From the IMG/VR virus record IMGVR_UViG_3300042453_001085, positions 1 to 24,698 of that record: a DNA stretch of 24,698 nt. The stretch is one strand, 5' to 3'. The notes under the pieces are model-generated. The model was given only the letters and a program-made list of their open reading frames with translations, was not told where the DNA came from and did no database searches. Origin of the DNA: a virus. Lineage: Duplodnaviria; Caudoviricetes. The position numbers and the translations under genes were made by a program. Position 1 is the first letter of the stretch, and every line of letters starts with the position of its first letter. Below are positions 8,187 through 16,238 of the stretch, piece after piece.

Positions 8187-11100
8187 TTAGTTAACCGTTC
8201 GGATTGATTTCACTGCGCCACCTTCAGCAAATGCAGGCGCTTGCACAAACATCCCTTGATCAGACATGTCGGGGTCAGCGTTGTACGGGGCTTCTACTTC
8301 CCCGCCTTCAGCCATGCCATGATGCTGGCGCAACAGATTATTTAGCTTCTCTTCTAAGTTGACAGCGCCACCTTCTGCCATGCCGTGGTGCTGACGCAAT
8401 AGGTTATTCAGGTGTGCGGTCAGGTCTTGGGGCGCTGCAACGTCTTGCGATACCGAGCCGCCGTCTTTGTATGATTGACCGATCTTTGCTGACTCACGCA
8501 TCTTAGGCGGGATGTCGATGTAGTAAACGGTTTCGTACTTGTCACCCAGAGACTTTTCAAATTCTTTGACAAATTTGTTGTTTGCGCCCTCTTCCCATTG
8601 ATAAAGCGCCGTTCCAGAGCCACCCCTAGCGCTCCCGGGCGGGTATTTGGCAGCAAACCATTCTCTGAAAGCAGGCCAATCATTTTGCTGCTTACCAACG
8701 ATTAATTTTGTCTCCCCCACTTTGCCGCCGAACTGCTTGGCATACTTGTCGAGGAAGTTCTTGTACTGCTTGTCGTACCAGTGCTCCATGCCTTTGCGTT
8801 GGTCTTCACTGTAACGCAGCGTCTGCCGATTACCAGTCGTCAGGTACACGCGATCCATGCCGGTGTCTGCAGCTTCTTTGATCGCACGCTTTAGGCCAAG
8901 CTGGTACCAGTTGTCTTTGAAGGGGGCGTTAGGGACGCTACGTTTTGTTTTAGTTGCTAAATCTCGTTCCGCAATTAGAGCATCTGCTTTAGCCATAATT
9001 TCAGGATGCTTTGCCCAATCATCGGCTGATGGCGCATAACTTACTCCGGGCTTTGAGCGCAATTCTGCCAAAACCGCATCTATGTCTTTATCAATCTGAC
9101 TAAATGGCCTTGCAGATGATGCTTTATACCCCTTCTCCCTACCCTTTTGATGCCAGTCAGACTGCAGCTCATCAATCAGTAGGCCACGCTTACCTTCGGC
9201 GTCAGTGTGATCAGCTACGCGTAGGTGGAACAGGACGTTAGGCTCATCGCCGTGGTGATTGCGGTCATAAAACGCAGGATTTGATTCAGACACCTCGACC
9301 TTTGCAAGAACACTGCCGGGCTTGTTTTTAATCGCCGCTCTTGCCTCAGCCTCTGTTGCAAACATTTGTCCAGATGGATTGGCTGGGTCAAACGCCTCCC
9401 AAGCAAATTCTTTTTTGCTGGTGTCGGGTAAGCCAACGCGAATCTCACGGTAGTTCTCACCGCCCGGCATGTTGTATTCAGGATGTGAGTCGGGGCCATA
9501 CAGCGATGGCTGCTTCGCAGCAATCCTCTCTTTGTTCTGTGCGATCTTCTCTTGCATCGCTTCAATCTTGCGCTCAAACTGAGCAATCATCGGACTGTCA
9601 GGCGCCATCGCGCTGACCCGCGCAATCTCATCACGCATTTGCTGGATGCCGCCTTCGTAAAAACGGTTGCTTTCTTTTAAGCCGTCAAGCGTCTCGCTGT
9701 ACTCCGAGCCCTCTTCGTAAGGACGGCGCACCGTCTCACGCAACGGGATGCGGTTCTGTTCAGCAGCCTCTAAAATCTCGTCTCGCGTCACATCAGGACG
9801 GCTTGCCAGATCACCTAGCCCTAAGTCATTCAGGCGCTCTTGGTTAACGCCCGGGGTCTTCTGCATGTCTGACACAAACGCCGAGCCGGGGCCTTTCTTA
9901 CGCTGCAAGTTCAACGCGGCCTTCTCTGCAGGGTTGTAGAAGCCCACTTTGTTTGCAGGCGCCTTCACCTTGCCAGCCTTGCCCTCGGGGGCTACAGCCA
10001 TCTGGTAAGGCTTCATTGACTTCTCTAGCTGCATCTCCAGCACGTCGCGTGCGGTCGGGGCTAAAGCCTTACCGGTCTTCAATGTGGCAGCACCAGCGAT
10101 AGGCGCAGTGATACCCGCTCCCATCTCAAACAGCGGGCGCTCTTCGTCAGTGGTCAGCCCTGCTTGCTTCAGCAAATCCTGCGCAGCCTCCGTGCCATAC
10201 CGGCCTTCAGGTGCCAGCGAAACCTTCGGGGCATAACCCATCGTCGGCACGCGCTCAGGGCCTGTGTCCATCACGGACGCACGCTCCCGCAGCCCGGGGA
10301 TCTTGGTCTGCAGATAATCTAGCGCCTCGCCACCCATGCCGATGATGTCCATCGGGGCGCCCATTGAAAACGCTACAGGGCCACGCATCAAGACATCCTG
10401 CACGGCTCCCGGCTTTCTCATCGAGCGACGCTCTTTTTCGAACTGCGCCTTCAGCTTAGCCGCGGCATCCGCGAATATCGAAGGCATCTCAAGCGGCTTA
10501 GGCTTAAACATATCGCCCGACACTTCGCCCGGGTTGCCACCGCCCTGCATATGCACAACGCCACCCTCAGCCTTACCAGTTAGCTCTTTGATTCGGCGGC
10601 GGTACTCCCCAATCTCGTCGAGCAACTGCCGATCGATAATCTGCTTACCGCCGAGGAACTGCAAGGTGCCAAACTCTTGAGCAGCCTGCCTTGGATTAGC
10701 GCGGATTTCCGCAACCGTGTCCGGGAAAGTCATCTCATATGGATACAAGATGTCGGTACGCCCGAGAAACTTCCCGGGGATGTCATAGCCGTAAGTCGGG
10801 TGCGCTGATGGCTTTAGCCGCTCAACGCCGGGCTGCATTTGCAACAACGAATAACCAGTCGTCCCCGGCTCGATGTCACGCAACTCAGGCTCGGTGATCG
10901 CATGGCGCACATTCAGTCCGCTTGGCAAGCGGAGCCCTTCCGTTGTTTTGGTAAGCTGCATCAAGGGATTGAAGACTAACTTACGGGCAACAGGGTTATT
11001 CGCCAAATACAGATACGCCGCTTCTGGATTCTCAATGCCGGGGAAGTCAGGCGCTTTAACACCTTGTCTACCATAGCGCATCATACGGTTGAAGGCATCG

Positions 11101-12776
11101 ATGTCGTCTGCGCTCATCTTTGACAAGTCAATGTTTTTCAACAATGCGTCGGCGAAGTGAGTTGCATAGTTCAAACCATCCGGCCCCATTGCTAAAAAAT
11201 TAGCCAGCACCGGAACGTCGCCATACTGTTGAGATGCGTCATTTACCCTGCGCTGGAATGCGGCTGCTTGATCTAAGCCAGATGCCCAGACAGAATCATC
11301 TGGACGATCTAAACCAAAACGCGATCCACCGTATTGACGGGATGGACGACTCAATGGGTTTCCGCCAATCCCGAAGATGTCCATGTCGGAAATTGAAGTA
11401 TCGCCCGGCAGGGTGAGCATCACCTCATTGAGATGCTTCTCCAAATCAATATCTTCCGCCTCGCGGACATCACGGCTGCGCTGCATGTCGTGCTCAAGAT
11501 CTTGCTCGATGTCCCATTGCTTACGGCTTTTGCCAACAGGATTAGTAGACTTACTTGGGTCAAGACGAACAAACTGCCCTTCTATCATTTGAGGGGCTAC
11601 GCGCTCGGCAATCTCGCTGATCTCGGCTTTGGTCTTCGGCTTAGCGCGGGCAGGCTTTGGGGATGGCCCCTTTGACTTACCTTTGGTAGCGACAGGCGCC
11701 GTCTCAGCAGGACGCAGGCGGGCAAGCTCTTCGCCCTCTCGTGCAGCCATCTCAGCTAAATACGCACGTTCTGCAGCGGTCAGTGGGCGAGTAGCCTCAA
11801 CCATCGACTGCAGGTCTTTGCCAGCCTCAACGCCTTGCTCACCCTTCCGTAGCGCCTTTAGCAACTTGCCGCCTTTAGCCATATGCGCTACGCCTCCCTC
11901 GGCTTTAGTGATGTCGGGGTTCTCGATGTCGTAGGTGCCTTGGTTGCCGATGGCGCTCTTCACAGCGTTTGGATTGTAAGACACCACTTCACTCAAGTCC
12001 CCGTCACGGTACTGCATAATGCCGTCGTATCCAGCGGCCTGCGCTCTGCTCTGCACTTGCTTGCCGATGTAACCCCTCTCCTCATAAGCTCGATCAACCA
12101 TACTGCGGGCTTTGTCTTCATCCATACCCAGTTTGGTTAGCGCCTCAACCATTGGATCATTATGCGTACCCTCAAGAATGAGAGGATTGCGTATCTGCGC
12201 ATAAACAGGCAAGACATTTGGCGAATGCCTATCAAGGTTCAAATTGCCATCCCAAGGTGATTCTGCGTACCCAGATGCTCGGCCTGTATTCGGCGTCATA
12301 TAAACGCCAGACCCTAACGAGCCTTCCTTGCTTGGTTTGATGCGTTGGATAGCCTCATTCCCCTTACCGCCCTCGGTAGCCGTCGTGCCATGATAAAGCC
12401 GCATCTGCGCTTTGCTGGGCTCAAGGAATGCCTCCCTACCAGCCTGCAGACGCTGAAGCTCGGCCTCTAGCACCTGCCGTTGCAACTCAGCCCTAGGATT
12501 AAACTGCTTGAGTACCGGCTCCTTACTTGCCAGTAGCCTCTTAGCATCCGCTAACGCAGCCTTGCCAGTCTTTTTAGATGTCTGCGGGACTTTGTACGCA
12601 TCCCGGCGCTTCTGTTCGATCGCGTCTAGCTCTGCGCTGATCCGCGCCTGTAAGGCAGGGTCAATGTCCGGGAGCCGACCCATGATCTCATCAAGCGTCG
12701 CCGCCTTCTTCGCGGTCTTCTCGCCACGCGCCACGTTCAACAGCTTCTTGATGTCTTTAGGACTAGGCATAATCAC
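8187..12776 (-). CDS. Large polyvalent protein with an N-terminal ADP-ribosyltransferase (ART-PolyVal-like) domain; probably packaged and ejected
   Basis: 1529 aa. RLYHGT...GSGVYMT...NVLPVY...GYDGI...EVVSYNPNAVKSAIGNQGTYD matches an H-Y-E-type ART. The C-terminal region (NYRE..., HLRV.D, DELQSDWHQKGR) resembles phage internal proteins. Confidence 0.75.
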   Translation of the reverse strand: MIMPSPKDIKKLLNVARGEKTAKKAATLDEIMGRLPDIDPALQARISAELDAIEQKRRDAYKVPQTSKKTGKAALADAKRLLASKEPVLKQFNPRAELQRQVLEAELQRLQAGREAFLEPSKAQMRLYHGTTATEGGKGNEAIQRIKPSKEGSLGSGVYMTPNTGRASGYAESPWDGNLNLDRHSPNVLPVYAQIRNPLILEGTHNDPMVEALTKLGMDEDKARSMVDRAYEERGYIGKQVQSRAQAAGYDGIMQYRDGDLSEVVSYNPNAVKSAIGNQGTYDIENPDITKAEGGVAHMAKGGKLLKALRKGEQGVEAGKDLQSMVEATRPLTAAERAYLAEMAAREGEELARLRPAETAPVATKGKSKGPSPKPARAKPKTKAEISEIAERVAPQMIEGQFVRLDPSKSTNPVGKSRKQWDIEQDLEHDMQRSRDVREAEDIDLEKHLNEVMLTLPGDTSISDMDIFGIGGNPLSRPSRQYGGSRFGLDRPDDSVWASGLDQAAAFQRRVNDASQQYGDVPVLANFLAMGPDGLNYATHFADALLKNIDLSKMSADDIDAFNRMMRYGRQGVKAPDFPGIENPEAAYLYLANNPVARKLVFNPLMQLTKTTEGLRLPSGLNVRHAITEPELRDIEPGTTGYSLLQMQPGVERLKPSAHPTYGYDIPGKFLGRTDILYPYEMTFPDTVAEIRANPRQAAQEFGTLQFLGGKQIIDRQLLDEIGEYRRRIKELTGKAEGGVVHMQGGGNPGEVSGDMFKPKPLEMPSIFADAAAKLKAQFEKERRSMRKPGAVQDVLMRGPVAFSMGAPMDIIGMGGEALDYLQTKIPGLRERASVMDTGPERVPTMGYAPKVSLAPEGRYGTEAAQDLLKQAGLTTDEERPLFEMGAGITAPIAGAATLKTGKALAPTARDVLEMQLEKSMKPYQMAVAPEGKAGKVKAPANKVGFYNPAEKAALNLQRKKGPGSAFVSDMQKTPGVNQERLNDLGLGDLASRPDVTRDEILEAAEQNRIPLRETVRRPYEEGSEYSETLDGLKESNRFYEGGIQQMRDEIARVSAMAPDSPMIAQFERKIEAMQEKIAQNKERIAAKQPSLYGPDSHPEYNMPGGENYREIRVGLPDTSKKEFAWEAFDPANPSGQMFATEAEARAAIKNKPGSVLAKVEVSESNPAFYDRNHHGDEPNVLFHLRVADHTDAEGKRGLLIDELQSDWHQKGREKGYKASSARPFSQIDKDIDAVLAELRSKPGVSYAPSADDWAKHPEIMAKADALIAERDLATKTKRSVPNAPFKDNWYQLGLKRAIKEAADTGMDRVYLTTGNRQTLRYSEDQRKGMEHWYDKQYKNFLDKYAKQFGGKVGETKLIVGKQQNDWPAFREWFAAKYPPGSARGGSGTALYQWEEGANNKFVKEFEKSLGDKYETVYYIDIPPKMRESAKIGQSYKDGGSVSQDVAAPQDLTAHLNNLLRQHHGMAEGGAVNLEEKLNNLLRQHHGMAEGGEVEAPYNADPDMSDQGMFVQAPAFAEGGAVKSIRTVN
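8301..8411 (-). repeat. Tandem duplication encoding LNNLLRQHHGMAEGG twice (66-nt period)
   Basis: 8301-8345 and 8367-8411 encode identical peptides with many synonymous differences. Confidence 0.85.
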
Positions 12777-14209
12777 ACCGCGTAAGGGTTAGAGCGCTTC
12801 CGACTTGCTTCGACGTAATCGTCGTCGTCATCTTCCATTTTAGGATCAATGTCAAGCCATCCGGCGTCTCGCAAGTATCGCAGAGCCTGCGTACAACTGT
12901 CCACAAAGTCGTCATGGGTAGACTCGGGGAAGCTGCATATCTGGCTGACAAACCCCTCAGCCCAGTCCCGCACGTAGCCCTTCTTGACCGTGCTCTCGGG
13001 GATGTACACCCGCTTATGGGCGATGATGTTCGCTACGATCGACAGGCGCTGGATCTTGTCCGCCTTCCCGGGGTTGTACGCCCTGACCGGCAGGTGCGCC
13101 CGCTGTAAGTCTTGGATCAGCGAGATGCCAGCAGCCTTGTCTTCAATAAGCACGAGGTCAACCTTCTTGCCGCCGGTAAAGTTTCCACGAGACTCTTCCT
13201 CGGGGTCAGCGCCATACGACACCTTAAACTCCTCGATAACCTTCGGGCGGAGATCCGGGTACTGCAGGCGGTCTTGCCACGCATCGATGAGCATAACAGC
13301 CATCGGCCCGTCTTCTGGTTTGAATACGCCCCACGTCGTCGCCGCCGTAGGATCGTTGACAGTCTTCTCAGTGTAGGCGCAGTCATAGCTCTGTAGGATG
13401 TACTCGAACTTAGGGAAGGGCTTGTTGGCAGGCCAAAGGCGGAACATGTCCCGCTTCACGATGCCGCCCTCTTCGGGGTCGATCAGCTCGGCATAGATCT
13501 CTTGCCGGCCTAGCTTCGTGCCCTCGTACTGCAGGATCTGCTTCTTGAAGTTGTCCGCCAGATTGCCGAGGTTCTCATACGTCGAGGCGGTCACCAGCAC
13601 CACATCGTCGCCGTCCCGGTCTACCAGATCGATGATCAGATCCTTCGGCTTCGGGGTCGTGGTACAGATCAGCCGCACCTTCTTACCCAGACGCAGGCCG
13701 AACTGCATCATGTCCCACGCATCTTGCAGGTAGTCCCACGCTGCCAGCTCGTCGCACCAGCCGCCGTGAAACTGCGGCCCCCGGAAACGCTCGGGCTCCG
13801 ATGCCGGGATGCCTTTGATCATGCTCCCGTTGACTAGCGTCAGCTCGTGGAGCGCCTTGTTGTAGTCTTTGATCAGGATCGGCGGGATGACAGACAGTAG
13901 GCCAGAGTCACCCTCGAAGCAGGTCGAACGGACGTCCGAGCTCGTAGGCGCTGCCACTACCCAGCGGGTGCCGGGGTGCTCCCAAGCCCACCATCCGAGC
14001 TGCTCAGCCGCTGTACGGGTCTTACCGGCGCCTCGCCCGGCTAACATCAGCCAGATGTCCCACCACTCGCCTGAGGGCAGGATCTGGTACTTATGGGCCT
14101 GCAGTAGCCAGTTGGTGCGCCACTCGAATGCAGCGCGGTATTCAGCAGGCAACTTAGCGTACTGCGCCCGGGTCGCTGGGTCTTTGAGGATCTCGACCAA
14201 GTCGCTCAT
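12773..14209 (-). CDS. terL: Terminase large subunit
   Basis: Walker A AGRGAGKT, Walker B GWCDE, coupling motif TTTP and an RNase H-like C-terminus (SYDCA, HDDFVDS). Confidence 0.95.
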   Translation of the reverse strand: MSDLVEILKDPATRAQYAKLPAEYRAAFEWRTNWLLQAHKYQILPSGEWWDIWLMLAGRGAGKTRTAAEQLGWWAWEHPGTRWVVAAPTSSDVRSTCFEGDSGLLSVIPPILIKDYNKALHELTLVNGSMIKGIPASEPERFRGPQFHGGWCDELAAWDYLQDAWDMMQFGLRLGKKVRLICTTTPKPKDLIIDLVDRDGDDVVLVTASTYENLGNLADNFKKQILQYEGTKLGRQEIYAELIDPEEGGIVKRDMFRLWPANKPFPKFEYILQSYDCAYTEKTVNDPTAATTWGVFKPEDGPMAVMLIDAWQDRLQYPDLRPKVIEEFKVSYGADPEEESRGNFTGGKKVDLVLIEDKAAGISLIQDLQRAHLPVRAYNPGKADKIQRLSIVANIIAHKRVYIPESTVKKGYVRDWAEGFVSQICSFPESTHDDFVDSCTQALRYLRDAGWLDIDPKMEDDDDDYVEASRKRSNPYAV

Positions 14210-14421
14210 CGGCGCAGCTTCAGGTAGATGGCGATCAGCATCATGGCGCAGCAGGCTTCGGGCTTACTCGCCACCCCGAACATCAGCCCTATCAGCACAG
14301 ACAGGTACTCCGCGGCGTACAGGGCGATCTCCGGGAACTCCATCAGCTCACGGTCTTTGGTGGCCTGCAGCTCCGCCTTGCGCTCAGCAATCCGGCGCTT
14401 TAGCTCTTCGGTTATGTCCAT
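14206..14421 (-). CDS. Small hypothetical protein
   Basis: 71 aa; ATGA overlap with terL. Confidence 0.65.
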   Translation of the reverse strand: MDITEELKRRIAERKAELQATKDRELMEFPEIALYAAEYLSVLIGLMFGVASKPEACCAMMLIAIYLKLRR

Positions 14422-14606
14422 GGTCGATTCGCCATCCGCCTGCGCTCCGCTGGGGATAAGGGCTCAGGCTCTCCGGTAAACTTCTCAGGGTTGCGCATAA
14501 CCTCATAAGCCTTCGACTCACCCGACTGGGCGCCCACCACGTAGCCGATCGCTATGCCGACTAGCGTAGCTCCTATCAGGGATACGATCCATAGGAAGGT
14601 CACCAT
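14412..14606 (-). CDS. Small membrane-anchored protein
   Basis: ORF 14412..14636; likely start at ATG 14606, coupled to the upstream stop. N-terminal TM segment FLWIVSLIGATLVGIAIGYVVG. Confidence 0.65.
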   Translation of the reverse strand: MVTFLWIVSLIGATLVGIAIGYVVGAQSGESKAYEVMRNPEKFTGEPEPLSPAERRRMANRPWT

Positions 14607-14743
14607 AGTCTTTTCTGGCACTCGGGAGGTTTGCATACAGGGCGATCAGGCATAGTCAGGGTCACCGCGGCAAACCATGTACTGATCACCGCCACGATCA
14701 TGAGATACAGCACCAATAGGACGCCGCCCATCCTGCGCATCAT
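14600..14743 (-). CDS. Small membrane protein (47 aa)
   Basis: Not in the ORF track. MMRRMGGVLLVLYLMIVAVISTWFAAVTLTMPDRPVCKPPECQKRLW; ATGA coupling upstream. Confidence 0.6.
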   Translation of the reverse strand: MMRRMGGVLLVLYLMIVAVISTWFAAVTLTMPDRPVCKPPECQKRLW

Positions 14744-14904
14744 CGTCTCCAATTAGGGTAGGGCTCTTTGTTGTATGACTTGTACGGGCTCGGGCTTCTG
14801 CGCTCAAGGCATCCCTTGCAGATCCAGCGGAAGACTTTACCCCGCTGCTGGCGCTCACCACCCTCAGACGGCTTGTCCGCCTGACAGGATGTACAGAACT
14901 TCAT
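14740..14904 (-). CDS. Small CxxC...CxxC zinc-finger protein (54 aa)
   Basis: Not in the ORF track. MKFCTSCQADKPSEGGERQQRGKVFRWICKGCLERRSPSPYKSYNKEPYPNWRR; ATGA overlap with the terS stop. Confidence 0.75.
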   Translation of the reverse strand: MKFCTSCQADKPSEGGERQQRGKVFRWICKGCLERRSPSPYKSYNKEPYPNWRR

Positions 14905-15413
14905 TTGGCTTGCTTAGTCAGCTCGATGTTCTTCAGGACGGCGTCGAACACGCTGGTGTCTACCTTCAGCTCTAACGGGCTATCAGCATCGCCTGCAACG
15001 ATCTGGCGGTCGCCGTACTTCTTAGGCTTCAGCTTACTCGCTACCCACTTACGGGCGTCTATGCGGTTCTTCTGCCATGTCACCCACCCACTATCGGTGC
15101 GGCTTACGCCCTTGTCATCAACGATCTCTGCAGGGGGCTCATCAGCAATAGCTTGTATCTCATCAGCGAGTGTATCGGCCTGCTCTTCTCTGGCCTTCGC
15201 GTAATTGTCTGAGAATTGCTTATTCTGCAACAGCCACAGATAGACTGTACTGTGTACAGGCATTCTGTCTTCCATGCAGATTTGTCTTAGGGATTCACCG
15301 CAGGAGATTCTTGTGCATATCTCTGCGGCGATTTGGGGATCGTATTCAGTCTTACGACCGGCACGCTTTTTGGGCGGCTTTGACTCTTGATTGATTGTGG
15401 CGTCTTCAGACAT
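14901..15413 (-). CDS. terS: Terminase small subunit (Sf6-like)
   Basis: HTH region EICTRISCGESLRQIC...HSTVYLWL and RIDARKWVASKLKPKKYGD; upstream of terL. Confidence 0.9.
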   Translation of the reverse strand: MSEDATINQESKPPKKRAGRKTEYDPQIAAEICTRISCGESLRQICMEDRMPVHSTVYLWLLQNKQFSDNYAKAREEQADTLADEIQAIADEPPAEIVDDKGVSRTDSGWVTWQKNRIDARKWVASKLKPKKYGDRQIVAGDADSPLELKVDTSVFDAVLKNIELTKQAK

Positions 15414-15437
15414 ATCTCAGTCTCTCTATTGCCTTTT

Positions 15438-15641
15438 TTACATGAATAACTTCTTGATGAACTCGGCTGCGGCACCCGGGCCTAGCAGTACCATAATCAT
15501 TACGCCATAGATCAGCATCTCAATGCGGATCATCCGCTGGTCGCCTTTCTCTAGGCGCTTTTCGATTGCCTCATACCGGGCGTTTGATAGCGCCTCGTGT
15601 ACAGCGAAGCGCGTCTCTAAGTCCTTGTCCATCTCAGTCAT
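15438..15641 (-). CDS. Holin-like / XhlA-like small membrane protein
   Basis: ORF 15438..15683; likely start at ATG 15641 (or 15632). Coiled coil (HEALSNARYEAIEKRLE) followed by a C-terminal TM segment. Confidence 0.5.
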   Translation of the reverse strand: MTEMDKDLETRFAVHEALSNARYEAIEKRLEKGDQRMIRIEMLIYGVMIMVLLGPGAAAEFIKKLFM

Positions 15642-15909
15642 AACCCCTGATGGCTTTGCGGGTCTTCTTGACTGAGCCGCCACGCTTCTTCTCGTAGTCA
15701 GTGTCAGGCTTCATACCCAAACCCTCTTTGTATGAACGCCCATAGTTTCGGGCGCCTTTACCAAGGTTCTCAACGAGCTCAGCCGCCTTTTCTTTGGCGG
15801 CGGCTACGTAGTCCTTATCAGGGTCAAGACCTAAACCGGCCTTGTACGTCTTACGGTAGTCGTCAGCGAACTCTTGCAAGTCCTCAACTATTCCCTTGCT
15901 CTTCGGCAT
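15634..15909 (-). CDS. Small basic protein with an internal repeat and a C-terminal KKRGG motif
   Basis: ORF 15634..15966; start moved to ATG 15909 after GAGGAG (MPKSKG). Confidence 0.7.
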   Translation of the reverse strand: MPKSKGIVEDLQEFADDYRKTYKAGLGLDPDKDYVAAAKEKAAELVENLGKGARNYGRSYKEGLGMKPDTDYEKKRGGSVKKTRKAIRGYD

Positions 15910-16072
15910 CTTGTTTCTCCTCGGCAATTGGCAACTGCGGCATCGCCTGCATTCGAATGTTGTCAATGATAGGCGCAGATTGGTTAAAAGGCAAAGCCCC
16001 CAGCAATGTCAGCAGGTGGTTTACCTCTTCCAAACTATAGCTCAGGGTAATGCGAATGTCTTTGTTTTCCAT
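15884..16072 (-). CDS. Small hypothetical protein
   Basis: ORF 15884..16117; start moved to ATG 16072 after AAGGA (MENKDIRITLSYSLEEVN...LGALPF). Confidence 0.7.
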   Translation of the reverse strand: MENKDIRITLSYSLEEVNHLLTLLGALPFNQSAPIIDNIRMQAMPQLPIAEEKQDAEEQGNS

Positions 16073-16100
16073 AGCTGTTTCCTTTCTTGTAATTGAGATT

Positions 16101-16161
16101 GTTGGTACTCGCTGCACTGCCTTTGCATTTCAGCTAACTGGTCAGCATCCGCTTTCCCAAC
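16101..16161 (-). ncRNA. Candidate structured RNA A with a loop-E/sarcin-ricin-type motif
   Basis: GTTGG/CCAAC closing stem flanking GAA...AGTA, with inner GCG/TGC and CTG/CAG pairs; intergenic. Confidence 0.5.
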
Positions 16162-16237
16162 TGGTATGGAGACCGACTCTGCTACGCAGGTTCCAGTCTA
16201 CGTGGGCGGGGGTAGTGCCCAGCCGGCCTCCATGCCA
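16162..16237 (-). ncRNA. Candidate structured RNA B (76 nt, three-way junction, 3' ACCA; C4/CI-like shape)
   Basis: Closing stem TGGCATGGAGGCCGGCT/AGTCGGTCTCCATACCA pairs at 16 of 17 positions with 2 G-U. Inner hairpins GGGC-ACTACCCCC-GCCC and CTGC-GTA-GCAG. Confidence 0.65.
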
Positions 16238-16238
16238 C

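Noticed and set aside
14412-14743. Spanin pair (Rz/Rz1)
   Set aside because: No lipobox cysteine, no long periplasmic coiled coil and no endolysin nearby.
14646-14861. 71-aa ORF from the track
   Set aside because: Two other frames (14740..14904 and 14600..14743) give coupled, motif-bearing proteins that tile the gap better.
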